From: Octopus vulgaris
Lineage: Eukaryota
Direction: 5' to 3'
DNA length: 64,000 nucleotides
NCBI GenBank assembly: GCA_951406725.2
Contig: OX597823.1
Span: 60,636,001 to 60,700,000 of the forward strand
Shown here: piece after piece, positions 1-12,787 of the stretch
Layout: each line of letters opens with the position of its first letter
Numbering within the stretch: the first letter of the stretch is position 1
Translations under genes and position numbers: made by a program
The notes under the pieces: generated by a model
Database searches by the model: none
Seen by the model: only the letters and a program-made list of their open reading frames with translations
Told to the model about the DNA's origin: nothing

Positions 1-23
1 CATATTTACACATCTATATCTAC

Positions 24-67
<44 letters not shown>

Positions 68-459
68 GTATATATATATGTATGTGTATATATATACATA
101 TATGTATATATACATACATATATATACATATATATATACACATATATATATATAGATATATACATATATATATAGACATATACATATATATATGTATATA
201 TATATATGCGTAGGAATGTATATGTACATAAATATATCGGGTGTATGTGTCTATATTTATATTGGGATACATATGAATGTCTATATATATATATATATAT
301 ATATATTCAAACACTCATATATAGTTATAAGGATATATTGTATGCATATGCATTTACCCACGAAACTTACAGTAAGGCAGAGTTGTGTCAAACTTTACAC
401 GCACACACATATATATATATAATATAATCGGCATACATATATATATATATGTGTGTATA

Positions 460-507
<48 letters not shown>

Positions 508-546
508 TATATATAATATACATATATATATGTAATATACTTATAC

Positions 547-582
<36 letters not shown>

Positions 583-742
583 GCATATATATAATATACA
601 TATATATATGTAATATACTTATACATACATACATATATACATATATATATATAATATACATATACATACATTTTATATATATATATATATATACACACAC
701 ACATACACATATATTCAGACATATGTACACACACACACACAC
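1..742. repeat. Compound (AT)n/(AC)n/(ATAC)n microsatellite and low-complexity tract
   Basis: Near-continuous TA dinucleotide runs with an internal duplicated block (about 503-560 and 581-640); the source of the spurious YIYI ORFs. Confidence 0.95.
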
Positions 743-2160
743 AGAATCATCCTCTGCTCCCTTTTCGGGTATGAAATAATATTAAATAAAAAGAAGGGAA
801 AAAAATTCCCGCCCACTCCTCCTGGGGGTCGATAAATTAAGTACCATCAATATATTAGAAAATATATTTAAGCAAACTCTCCACGTGTCCCCCTATGAAA
901 CTTTTTATTTTACATTCTGCAAAAGTTGAGAAGAAATTAGTTTCTATTGATAAATTTCTGCATGCAAGTCTGTGATCGCATTTTCGAAAAGGCATGAATG
1001 CCACAATACTTGTCCCGTTTCACTCAACAAATTGGGTAAAATAAAATTATTATATTTTTTTATGATTACTAATCATTGCTGGCCTCGTTGTTGTTGTCAT
1101 TCCTGTTATTTTGCTGCCGTTTATTATTAATATTATTATTATTATTGTTGATATTATTATTATTATTAGTGATATTATTTTTTAACATATATACGAAAGA
1201 ATGAGAGCGAGAGAAATCTAGGTCACAAAATTAGGCCATGCTGGGTAACTCTTCATTGCTAAAAGGTACGAAACAGCTCTCATAACGCCATTTGTTTATA
1301 TCTATCTATCTATCCATCTATCTATCTATGTGTGCGTGTGTGCGTGTATTTATATATATATGTATATATAAATATATATGTTTGTTATTTGTATAGCTCT
1401 TTTTTTTATTTGCGTACCTACTACATAACACATAATAATGGAGAAAGATTAATATTATTTTTGTAGCTGTTTCAGGTAAGAAATACTTTATTATTTCACT
1501 GACAAATGCTTATCAGATGTTTTGCATGAACTTTCAGCGATAATCCATCTACAAACTTGAGTTTTCTGCTCCATTTTTAGGCTATTTAAGCGGTCAGCTT
1601 TTTTTTCAGCTGCCGATGTCTGCTTCTCCCATAAGTAGGACAGGTCGACATAGATAAAAAACAAACAAAACATTAACGCCCGCGCGCTCGTACAGGTATA
1701 CGCACGCATATGTAAGTATGTATGAATGCATGTACGTATGCACACATAGATACAGGTGTTTATGTGTATGTATAAACGCACACATGTGTATCTATTTGTG
1801 TACATGCTTACACGTACAAATGTATTCGTGTATACGTAAATATATATATGTATTATATATATATATATATGAATGTTTAAAAAAATAATTTACTCCTACA
1901 GATATTTACATGTATACGTGTATATAATTATATATATATACGTACAGATATATACATCTGTACACATATATATATATATGACTACACATACATATAGGTA
2001 CACATATATCCCTACATACACACCTATATATATCATATTCTATATGCATACACACATGTGTATGTAAGTTAATATAAAACCCATACCCATAGCCTATGCT
2101 CGGGCACTCTATTTTGGTATTTTGTATATTAGCGCATACAATAACAATAATAACAATGAT

Positions 2161-2465
<305 letters not shown>

Positions 2466-3200
2466 TATTATTTGGCATCGTTAACAGTATTAATTATTAT
2501 GATTGTAATAATAGTTTAATACAAAAGAAAAAAAGAAAGAAACTCAGCATCATTGACAAGAAAGTAAGCAAAGCTCCCGGCATGTTTAGATGGAGTCCTG
2601 TGACTGTCCGGTTCCAATTCTCCGAATTATGGTCATTAGTTATTTTCGCGTCGCTCGCTTAATTTAGTTTAATAGTCTTCGGTCTAAGGCATGAACGCCA
2701 CAGCATCTAAAATTCTTCATTCTTTTTTCAGAGGAATTGAAAAAGATCTGTATTTCTACCAGATCACTTTACTCCACCGCCCCCCCCTCCGAACGCTGTG
2801 GCGTTAAGGTAATCAATCTTACCGGCATGCTTCGTTTGCGACCTGATTCTTGTTCCCCAAATGTTTATTTATTTATTATTTATTTTTTTCTTTTTCAATC
2901 CCACCCACCCAGCCCCACATCGAATGTACATGACCATCCTTTACCTTTGGTTTACCCAGGGAAACATCATTATCCAGCGTGTACTTTCCCTTTCTCTTTC
3001 GTTTGCTATAATGGTTACTTTGTGTCTTCGGAAAGGATTTAACTGCTATTTCTAGCAAAGTGAGTTACCACCTTACGGGTCCACTCCAAAGCTCCGATTT
3101 CCAGTTTTTGCTGTTTATGTCGCTCCTTTTACTTATTTATTAGTGAAGGCCATGAATATTACACATTCTCGTCTCATTTTCTACCTACTCCCTATGTACA

Positions 3201-3236
<36 letters not shown>

Positions 3237-4047
3237 TTCATTCTACTTTGTTGAATATATGACTTACCCCCTCCCCATATATATACACGCATTTGAATGA
3301 TATCGATCCTTATATATATATATACTCACACATGCACATATGTGTCTGTATCAAGTTTTTTTTTTCACGGAAAACAGCGTTTTGCTTTCTTGTGTCGCAA
3401 ACACAAATCTAAAGAATTTCTTATCTTCGAATAAAAATTTATCTATCCTTTCAGTTATCGGGGAATAAAGCATACGTGTGCATGCATGTGTGTGTGTGTG
3501 TGTGTGTGCGTGCGCGAGGCCGTAATTGTAGAGAAGCCGGTGTCCGTAGGAAATGGTTAAATATATGTATACTAAGTAATACCATCGCAACCACCACCAC
3601 CACCATCACTAGCAAACATTACACTACTGCTTTTACTATAACTTTTGATGACACATGGTTTATTAACGCCGCTTTAAAAGCTTGGCCTGCAACATTCCTG
3701 ATTGCTAGCCACCACCACCACTTGCATTTCTATATCCCTGTAGCTGTTTTAGATGCTACGGGGATGGCGGTAGTCGGGGACGATGGGGGAGAAACACGTG
3801 AGTGAGATCCAACCCTTAGTTTTATATATATATATATGGAGATATATATATATATAATACAAAATGGGACAAGAACGCAAAACATTCACACAGTTAGGTG
3901 ATACAAAAAAGGGACTATATATATATATATATATATAAAATATATATATATATAAATATAGATAGATAGATAGATAGATAGATCGTTTGTAGAAATACAT
4001 AAATACGGAGGAGGAGCACAGTCTAAGATGTAGAGCAGTTAATATTT

Positions 4048-4216
4048 TAGTGGGGAGGCCGGTTTATGGGCTTACCCTGGGTTTCTCATAAGGGGTTTAG
4101 CCTTACGGCTATCTTCAGACCCCAAATATCGGTGGCCTCTTTAAAAGGCTAAACCCCGTATAACCCCTTATAAGCGTGAAACTCGGGGTAACCCCAGAAA
4201 CTGGCGTCCCCCATTA
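4048..4216. mobile_element. GC-rich foldback/MITE-like element with long imperfect inverted arms, TA at both ends
   Basis: TAGTGGGGAGGCCGGTTTATGGGCTTACCCTGGGTTTC matches the reverse complement of GAAACTCGGGGTAACCCCAGAAACTGGCGTCCCCCATTA; inner GGGGTTTAGCCTT / AAGGCTAAACCCC also pair. Confidence 0.6.
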
Positions 4217-4227
4217 TATATATATAT

Positions 4228-4565
4228 TTCTTGTTTCAGTCATTGAACTGAGGCTGTGCCGGAGCACCGCCCTGAAGGCACTATACACGAACAAATTCGA
4301 TCTCAGTACTTTTTTTTTAAAGTCTGGTACTTATTCTATTGTGGTCTTCTCGCTGAACCGCTAATATACAGGATCGTAAGCGAACCAACTCCGGTTGCCA
4401 AGCAGTGGTCAGAATATACATACATACGTCCGCACAGACACACACACACACACACGACGGACTTCTTTCACCTTATGCTTATTAAATCCACTCACAAGGC
4501 TTTGATCTGCCCGGGGTTATATCAGAAGACAGTTGCCCAAGATGCTGTACAATGGACAGAACTCG
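4228..4565 (-). mobile_element. tRNA-derived SINE, family A (degenerate)
   Basis: Reverse-complement similarity to the intact copy at 11657-12052 (cttgtttcagtcatt...ggagcaccgcc...aaatccactcacaaggcttt). Confidence 0.85.
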
Positions 4566-5415
4566 TATATTTATTTATAGGATTTTTTTTTTTCTTTTTA
4601 ATATGAAACATTAAATCAATCTTAGTTGTTGATTTCATTGATTCCCGTACAGAGAAAAATCAAACATGATATCGATAGGAATCGAACACATTTTAATCGC
4701 ATGAACTGACTGACATGTGGTTCCCACGCGCTAACGGTTCTGCCAACTTGCGTTGTGACAGCGTAGTGTGATAAATCGTTTCACGTGGGTACGGTTGCCG
4801 AGCGTCACAGGATTCAGTTGTATATGTATGAGTCCTCTAAAAGAGTTGGGCAATTATCTTTTGCGTTTCTCATGCGTTGAGGTTGATCTGAGCACGGCAC
4901 GTTATGCTACACTCGTGCAGTGGCCTCACCTGCATAGGAGACATACCATGCCTTTGTGAAAGTGTCGGTATGCTTCTATCCTATAATGCATGCGAGTGTG
5001 CATTTGATACGTACGTGTATGTGTGTATGTAGATAGGTAAGTAGTTACGTATATGTGTATATTGATGTGAATGTGTGCCTATATATATATGTATATATAT
5101 ACGTGTGTGTGTGAGTGTATATATGTATACTCATATCATAAACATATATATGTTTGTGATATGAGCGTGTATATGCATATAATAGTTATACGCTTATAAC
5201 CGTATATAAATGTATGTACAAATATATAAATATGCACTTTTTGTGTATATACTTATGTGTATATAATATGCATTCTATACTTGTTGATACGATATATAAT
5301 ATATTTATATATGGTTCAAAATTGTACCCCTCCCGAAACAGGTGAAAGGAACATGGTGTATTTATTATTAGGCGCGCATTATGTATGCATGCATGTGTGT
5401 GTGTATATATATATA

Positions 5416-5590
5416 TCATCATCATCATCGTTTAGCGTCCGCTTTCCATGCTGGCATGGGTTGGACGGTGCAACTGGGGTCTGGGAAGCCAGAAGGCTGC
5501 ACCAGGCCCAGTCTGATCTGGCAATGTTTCTACGGCTGGATGCCCTTCCTAACGCCAACCACTCCATGAGTGTAGTGGGTGCTTTTAAAT
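5416..5590 (-). mobile_element. SINE family C 3' part with (ATG)n tail
   Basis: (CAT)n followed by cgtttagcgtccgctttccatgctggcatgggttggacg...ggatgcccttcctaacgccaaccactcc; the same motif occurs at 24674, 57525 and, on +, at 8433, 26755 and 53587. Confidence 0.85.
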
Positions 5591-5654
5591 GTTTATATAT
5601 AAATTTTTATCCATGTATATAGACTTGTGTATACTGTGTGCGTTTATTTATTTC

Positions 5655-5882
5655 TATGTATGTATGTATCTATCTATATATATGTATATATATATATATA
5701 TATGTGTGTGTGTATATATATATGTGTGTGTATATATATATATATGTGTGTGTGTATATATATATATATGTGTGTGTATATATATATATATATATGTGTG
5801 TGTATATATATATATATATGTGTGTATATATATATGAATATATATATGTGTGTATATATATATGAATATATATATGTGTGTG

Positions 5883-5913
<31 letters not shown>

Positions 5914-5923
5914 ATATATATAT
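5655..5923. repeat. Compound (AT)n(GT)n microsatellite/minisatellite
   Basis: Alternating TA and TG blocks with a period of roughly 20-26 bp. Confidence 0.95.
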
Positions 5924-6199
5924 AAAGCACCTGGTACACTCTGTAAAGTGCTTGGCATTAGGAAGCCCATGAAACTGTAGAAACCAAGTCAAAATGCACT
6001 ACTGGAACACATTACAGAAACTGCGAAGAGGTTTCCCCTTGTGTGTGTGTGTTTGTATTTTTGTGTATTTGTGTGTACCCTTGTCTGACATCATGTGATA
6101 GTTATAAATGAGCCTCACTGTCATACAAACGATGTTAGTTTTTAGTTTTACTTGAAAAGCATGTCCGACTATGAGAAATATTACCTTGCTTAGGGATGG

Positions 6200-6660
6200 A
6201 CTTTTCTTTTTTATTGGGTGTTATCCATTGTTGTTTCATTGAATATAATTATGGAGACTTCAATTTTCATCACTTATCATAATTCTATCCAGGAAAGATT
6301 TGGTAGTAAGCCTACTCTTTAGTGATGAGCAAGGTAACACTTTAAGTGAGAAATAGTCAGATGATGTGGGGACCAGTGATCAAGTTTGGACTTTTTTCTT
6401 AGTTCTTGAAGTGTGACTTGTATTGGACTGCTTTGCTAATTCTTGTACAAATTGCTTTGGATTTTCCTCAACTACAGTTTTCAGAAGTTCAGTATTGACA
6501 GACAGAACTTGACCATCCAGATCCAAGGGAACATGCAAGAAGAAAATTCCTGTAGTGAAACTGGTCTAACCAATGTTGGCATGTCTATTCATTTTAGTAG
6601 ACAGAATGAATATTTCTTGTCTACCTTTACAGAAAAGCACTTTTTTGAAATTATGGTGCA
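6200..6660 (-). pseudogene. Degenerate mariner (DD34D-type) transposase fragment
   Basis: Manual minus-strand translation gives LLKTVVEENPKQFVQELA, KSKLDHWSPHHLT (WVPHEL motif) and FLDRIMISDEN (first catalytic D region) with stops and frameshifts. Confidence 0.75.
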
Positions 6661-7029
6661 TGTAATATCTGATATGGGTCTGAACTAAACTCATTTTAAA
6701 AGGGTGAAATCAATACAAATTTAACCACTATTTTCAGATGCATGCGCACAACCTATATGTGTGTATTTGTGTATGATCATCCAATGTTTTAAATCTGAGT
6801 TTGTCCCCGTTAATGAGCATGGCTGGATCTACCTCAATGCCATAGCAACTGAGGTAGGCAGGTGCAGCCCATCCCAACCTTTGGGCTGGCTGATGCGTGC
6901 TATCATGAGGCTTTTTTGGGAGCTGGATTTTCTATGAGGAGCATGCCCTTCCTTATTCCCAACCTTAGTTTCTAGACATGAGTGGTCTTGAGACCAAGGC
7001 CTCTACCACGAATATATATATTTATATAT

Positions 7030-7535
7030 AATGGGGCTGATAGGTAAATTGTCACTATTTTATAATTTTAATTTTGCGCATGCACATTGTTTACGATCTT
7101 GTTGACTACACTGTATAGTAGGGTCAGTTGGGCACCACTTGCGAGAAAACCAGCACCATGATGCAATTCACTCTGCCAGAAATTTGGCTCCAGTACGAAT
7201 AGATGATGAACACACAAAACAACCATTGGCTTGCAATGTCCCCAAAACATGTGCCGAGCATGATAAAAATCAAACATCCATTCAACATCAAGGTTTTTGG
7301 AGTTATCACTAGTGATGGCGATGTTATATCCCCATTCATCTTCCCACATGGCCTCAGACTCAACACGGAGGCCTACATCAAGTGCCTAGAGGAGGTAGTA
7401 CTGCTCTGGGTGAAGAGGATGGCTGCAGGAAGACCCTATATCTGGCAACAGGACTCTGCATCATGCTACACAAGCAGGAAAACCCAGTCATGGCTGTCAG
7501 ACAATTTCTGTGATCACATCACTCCTAACATTTTG
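7030..7535 (+). pseudogene. Internally deleted Tc1/mariner (maT/DD37D-like) transposon; transposase catalytic-domain fragment
   Basis: ORF 7203-7574: KHPFNIKVFGVITSDG...PFIFPHGLRLNTEAYIKCLEEVV...YIWQQDSASCYTSRKTQSWLSDNF matches the second-D QQDxAPxH region. Truncated before WPPxSPDLNP; begins after a TA run. Confidence 0.85.
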
Positions 7536-8014
7536 CTCACAGGAAGTGAGTACAGCATTTGCATAAATGGGTAAGCTAATATTTGACTATGCCTACCCAC
7601 ATGTTCAGCTATACATCTAAGGAAGAAAATTTAAACAAAGCAGTACAATATACACACTGTACATGAGTATATATATCACTATTTATTGATGTGTAGTTCC
7701 TCACATATAATATTTATGTACTTGTATACAATATTCTAGTGCATGTGTGCACAACTATTCTAATATAAGCATTTCAGCCTGTTTGCTATAATGCAGTGTC
7801 TCACACATGTTCACTTCACTGTGCAACATGATTTTTTTACTTGGGTAACAACTATTATTTCTTATTTGCTTAAGAAAAAGTATTAAAAATGGTTAATATT
7901 TTCTTCAAACTTTGCTTTTCTTACATTTATCTATAACCTCAAAGAATCCCTCTCACCACTTGGCTTTGATGCTCCCTCACTACTCTTGCACATATTGTCA
8001 GCCAGTAAGGAATA

Positions 8015-8218
8015 TGCTGGCAGAAACGTTAGCACGTCGAGCGAAATGCTTAGCATTCGTCTGCTGTTACATTCTGAATTCAAATTCTGCCGAGGTCGAT
8101 TTTGCCTTTCATCCTTTCGAGGCTGACAAATTAAGTACCAGTTACACACTGGGGTTGATGTAATTGACCTTGTTTGTCCCCTCTATGTTTAGCCCCTTGT
8201 GGGCAATAAAGAAATAAG
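8015..8218 (+). mobile_element. SINE family B with 13-bp flanking direct repeat
   Basis: Family B body; TAAGGAATATGCT at 8006-8018 and 8215-8227 (target-site duplication) inside an older repeat. Confidence 0.9.
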
Positions 8219-8432
8219 GAATATGCTCAAGTGGTTAAGGTCAAGCAACTGACAAACAAATTTGGTATTATGCTGAATATTTGCTATAATGATATTTCTG
8301 CTTCAGCAACTCAGCACTGAATCTGTCTGAAATGTAATGGAAAATAGGTCAATTTCAAAACATTGATGTCCAGGTCACAAAAGCAGCGTTTGAAGGGAAC
8401 AGTAGTCATTTCCTTTGAATTCTAGATAGAAG

Positions 8433-8531
8433 CATGGTGCAGCCATCTGGTTTGCCAGTCCTCAGTCAAATCGTCCAACCCATGCTAGCATGGAAACAAG
8501 GCGTTAAACGATGATGATGATGATGATGATG
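8433..8531 (+). mobile_element. 5'-truncated SINE family C with (GAT)n tail
   Basis: cgtccaacccatgctagcatggaa...cgttaaacgatgatgat; GAAGCA on both flanks. Confidence 0.8.
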
Positions 8532-9296
8532 AAGCAAATAAGAAATAGATGAGACAAAAAAAGAAAAAAAGAATTTTGTTAAACAGTGTTATTTATACTC
8601 ACACACAATATTCTTTCAATACGTACAACTATATGCATTTTAGTACATATACTCTAGTGTTATATCAATTGTCAATTGATAACATGAGTAAGATAATGAG
8701 ATAAAGGGGAGAGAAACAAGCATATAATACTTGAGAACTGACAGTGAAAACATGTAACTGGAAAAGTGTAGACATGTAAGGCAAGAAACAATAATCAAAG
8801 AAGTATACAATGAAGGATATGTCAGAAACTGAAAGGAATCTTACATTTCTAGTGATATCCTTTATCAGAGGGAGGAAAGAGAAGTGAAAGAAGCATTAAA
8901 AAGAAAGAAAATGTACCAAATTTAAGATATCTGTTTACATGGCAGATCTAGAGTAGAATGAAAGCTGCCAGTGGGAATGTCGATGCAGTCAGTGAGAATA
9001 AGAGGGAATAGAAGGACAAAGAGAGAATAAGGAGAAGATAATAAGAATAAGTTGGAAGAGAGAGGGAGAGAGAAATTGGGGGTGGGAAAGAACAAGGGAA
9101 GGAGAGAGCTAGCAAGGGAGGGACAGTGGGAATGGGGTACTCATGATAGTATTTTTGTGCACATGTGTGTATGCGGTGACATGTGCTTAAATGTATATTG
9201 TTTTTATTTGTGTAAATTTTCAGTAGCATCTACTGAGTATGAAGGAAAATGAGATGTGTGTGTGTGCTAATTGTGAACAGTCATCATTCCTAACAA

Positions 9297-9745
9297 CCCT
9301 TTCTACTATAGACACAATGCCTGAAATTTGGGGGAGGAGTAAAGTTGATTACATGAACCCCAGTACTGAATTGGTTCTTAATTTATCGACCCCGAAAGGA
9401 TGAAAGGGAAAGTCGACCTCTGTGGAATTTGAACTCAGAATGTAGTGACAGGTGAAATACCTATTTCTTTACTACCCACAAGGGGCTAAACATAGAGAGG
9501 ACAAACAAGGACAGACAAACAGATTAAGTCGATTATATTGACCCCAGTGTGTAACTGGTACTTATTTAATTGACCCTGAAAGGATGAAAGGCAAAGTCGA
9601 CCTCGGCGGAATTTGAACTCAGAATGTAGCGGCAGACCAAATACCGCTAAGCATTTCGCCCGGCGTGCTAACGTTTCTGCCAGCTTGCCGCCTTTCAGGT
9701 GACAGGTGAAATATCGCTAAGCATTTCATCCAGTGTGCTAAACAA
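9297..9745 (-). mobile_element. SINE family B with a younger family B copy (9460-9698) nested inside it
   Basis: Two family B cores; 15-bp duplication GTGACAGGTGAAATA at 9445-9459 and 9699-9713. Confidence 0.9.
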
Positions 9746-10589
9746 TGGTGACATTATTTACAGTCTTCTACAAAAGCATATCTCAGCTGTTCATTGTTTG
9801 ATAGACTGGGGGTGGGGATATCACCTTGCTTGGAAACAGCTACATTTGGCAACATGAAGTGCATCCAGCCATAGAAAGACAAATGAATCTTCAGTCTTTT
9901 AGAGCAAAGCAAATAGAAGAGAAGGCAGTTGTGGAAGGTGCATTAAGGTGATGCAGAAGTAAGAGTAAAATGAAAGACAGTGTGTGTAATAGACAGAGAG
10001 AGAGAGAGAGAGAGAGAGGGAGATAAGGCATGATTGAGATAGCAATAGAATGAGAGCTATAGGTATCAATGAAAGGTTAACCTGTGTGAGAAAGTGATGG
10101 CTTGCTTTACAAGAGGTGGGTAAATGATGGAGTGAATTGTACACTAGCACATCTGATTACAGTCTCTTGTTACTCAAGCTTCCTGATGGTATGATGCAGT
10201 GTCTAGTCAGAGGTAAGAGGGACAGCAGATTGAGACTAGCAGAGGCAAAATGGGTGAAGGCCTAGATGTAGACGTGTCATAGAATAAGCACTTCTATAAC
10301 TGTTTTGTATATTTAAGGTGTTTTCTCCAAAGATTTCTTTGGATTTCTCTACTTTGAACATCTGAGATTACAATTCAGCCAAAAATATTTTTCAAATATA
10401 TTGTAAATAAATTTAAAACTTTGTTTGAAATATCTATCATGGTTATTGAATATAAAAAAAAAAATTGCGCATAAATATCTGTGTATGGATAAAAGATGTG
10501 TGCACACATTGAAATAACCAGTGTGTTAACCATCTTTTGCGTGAACTTATAAGATGGCTTTTATAATAGGTCTTGATTTTGTTAGAAGA

Positions 10590-10960
10590 TAGGCTGTGTG
10601 GTAAGAAGTTTGCTTCCAAACTACATGGTTGTGAGTTCAATCCTACTTCATAGCACATTATGCAAATGTCTTCTACTATAGCACTGAGTGGATGCAGTAG
10701 ACAGAAACTGAAAGAAGCCCATCATGTGTGTGTGTGTGTTTGTGAATGTGAGTACATGTGTGTGCTTTTGTATCTCCTTGTCTTGACATTTGCATGATAG
10801 CTGTTAATGATTGCTACAGTCATACAAGCAGTGTTAACCATTTCTGATATACTGCAAGAACATAGATAAGGGTTGGTGACAGGAAAGGCATCCAGCCATA
10901 AAAAAAGCTGCCTGCAATCATAGAAAAGTGGACATTAAAATGATAAAGACGGTGATGCTA
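10590..10960 (+). mobile_element. SINE family A head with alternative tail
   Basis: ggctgtgtggtaagaag (A box) and gagttcaatcc (B box), a central TG run, and the tail ggttggtgacaggaaaggcatccagcc...ggacattaaaatgat. Confidence 0.8.
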
Positions 10961-11396
10961 TTTTGCAGTGGATTTAGTTTTGAAAGGTATGTGTGTGTGG
11001 GGATTCTGACATATTGAATTAAATTTTGGAAAGAGCAGACATTTTTCTCAAGTGATATACACCAAAAAAAAAAAAAAAAAAATGTGTTGTTTAGTTTCTT
11101 TCACCTATTTACATCAATAGATAGCTGGTTCTTGGAATCCCTACGAATACACATTATTAGGTAATTAGAGACTGCACAGACATTTTGAAGAGAGAAAACA
11201 CACTGCACTCCTGCAATTAAATCCACTGTAAAACACCTTAGAAGTTCACTCCATAATATCGCTGCAATAAACTGTTTATGAGAATATGTTTTCCCGTTTG
11301 TTTTAGATGTACGTACAGTTATCAGTATATATATCGATGGAAACCCTATGAATCCCTATGAATACATCTAGTTGGTAAATAGAAATCAATGTTATA

Positions 11397-11477
11397 TTAT
11401 TGCATGTCAGTATATATACATTCAAACATATATACAGACATACATATGTCTATATATATATATGTATATGTATATAT

Positions 11478-11544
<67 letters not shown>

Positions 11545-11655
11545 TATATAATATGTATATAAATATATATATGTGTATATATGTATATACGTATATGTAC
11601 ATGTGTATATATGTATATATATATATATATATGTATGTAATATATGTATATATGT
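11397..11655. repeat. (AT)n/(ATGT)n microsatellite tract
   Basis: Seen directly. Confidence 0.95.
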
Positions 11656-11656
11656 A

Positions 11657-12052
11657 GGCGCAGGAGTGGCTGTGTGGTAAGTAGCTTGTTTACCAACCGC
11701 ATGGTTCCGGGTTCAGTCCCACTGCGTGGCACCTTGGGCAAGTGTCTTCTACTATAGCCTCGGGTCGACCAAAGCCTTGTGAGTGGATTTGGTAGACGGA
11801 AACTGAAAGAAGCTCGTTGTATATATGTATATATATATGTGTGCTTGTATGTTTGTGTTTGTCCCCTTGGCATTGCTTGACAACCGATGCTGGCGTGTTT
11901 ATGTCCCCGTCACTTAGCGGTTCGGCAAAAGAGACCGATAGAATAAGTACTAGGCTTACAAAGAATAAGTCCCGGGGTCAAGTTGCTCGATTAAAGGTGG
12001 TGCTCCAGCATGGCCACAGTCAAATGACTGAAACAAGTAAAAGAAAGAGTAA
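11657..12052 (+). mobile_element. Near-intact tRNA-derived SINE, family A
   Basis: Pol III A box TGGCTGTGTGG (11667-11677) and B box GGTTCAGTCCC (11710-11720), a CORE-like ttgggcaagtgtctt segment, a central TA/TG microsatellite and the tail atgactgaaacaagtaaaagaaagagta. Confidence 0.92.
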
Positions 12053-12120
12053 AGGAGATATGTATATATATGTATATGTATATATATATATGTATATATA
12101 CATATATATGTATATGTATA

Positions 12121-12309
12121 TGAGTGGGTGCTGAAAAGTTTCTGGTCTTTGGTGAAAGAAAATACAGGAGGATCAGTTAATTATGATTTTATCCAATGTA
12201 TTTCCCTGTTAAATTCCTTTAGTTTTTCAAGAAAAGAACTTGGAAGGTTGAGTCCCCAACCAGGATTTTCGCAGTACCCTTACAAACGGAACTTTTCAGC
12301 AACCTCTCA
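12121..12309. mobile_element. Mariner-type MITE with TA target duplication
   Basis: TA|TGAGTGGGTGCTGAAAAGTTTC ... GGAACTTTTCAGCAACCTCTCA|TA imperfect terminal inverted repeats. Confidence 0.8.
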
Positions 12310-12564
12310 TATACATACATACGTGTGTGTGTGTGTGTAGGTGTAGGTGTAAATATACATTTCTGAAATCCTTTTCAGTACTTCTCAAATTAACAGCTTG
12401 CAAAAATAGAAAAAAAAAATTTGTTTCATAGTTTGTATGATGAATTTGGGCACAATATCTTAACTGGTTATGGAAAGCAGACCCCCACCCACCCACACAC
12501 ACAGACGTGCAGATAGTTACAACAATTGCATTATTTCTAGTTCTTGATATTCATCTTCAGTTAA

Positions 12565-12783
12565 CCCTTTAGTATTTAAACCGGCCATATCCGGCCAAAA
12601 TAGTTAATCTGTTTTATGTTCAAACTGGCCAGATCCAGGCTCTTGCACCTACCCTACAATGTTATTCTACATTAAGTAATTACACCATCAAGCTCTTGAA
12701 GATATGAGATAATGCATGATTAATTCAAATCAATGAGAATCAATAAGCATTACGTTTGATAGAATAATCTGAACACTAAAGGG
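12565..12783. mobile_element. piggyBac-type MITE, family 1 (TTAA TSD)
   Basis: TTAA|CCCTTTAGTATT ... AACACTAAAGGG|TTAA; related copies at 16879, 48008 and 60891. Confidence 0.9.
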
Positions 12784-12787
12784 TTAA

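Noticed and set aside
6-779. Many overlapping ORFs rich in YI/CV/HT (also at 5589-5992, 11397-11657, 46273-46597, 52431-52919 and 58386-58967)
   Set aside because: They are translations of (AT)n, (GT)n and (AC)n microsatellites, which lack stop codons; not genes.
3733-3766. 12-bp hairpin TATCCCTGTAGC/GCTACGGGGATG with slight miR-10-like look, near a GTGAGT donor at 3798
   Set aside because: Stem too short and sequence diverges from miR-10; no acceptor or TSS could be tied to the donor.
11657-11730. tRNA-like A and B boxes
   Set aside because: These are SINE heads; there is no complete cloverleaf and they continue into SINE body sequence.
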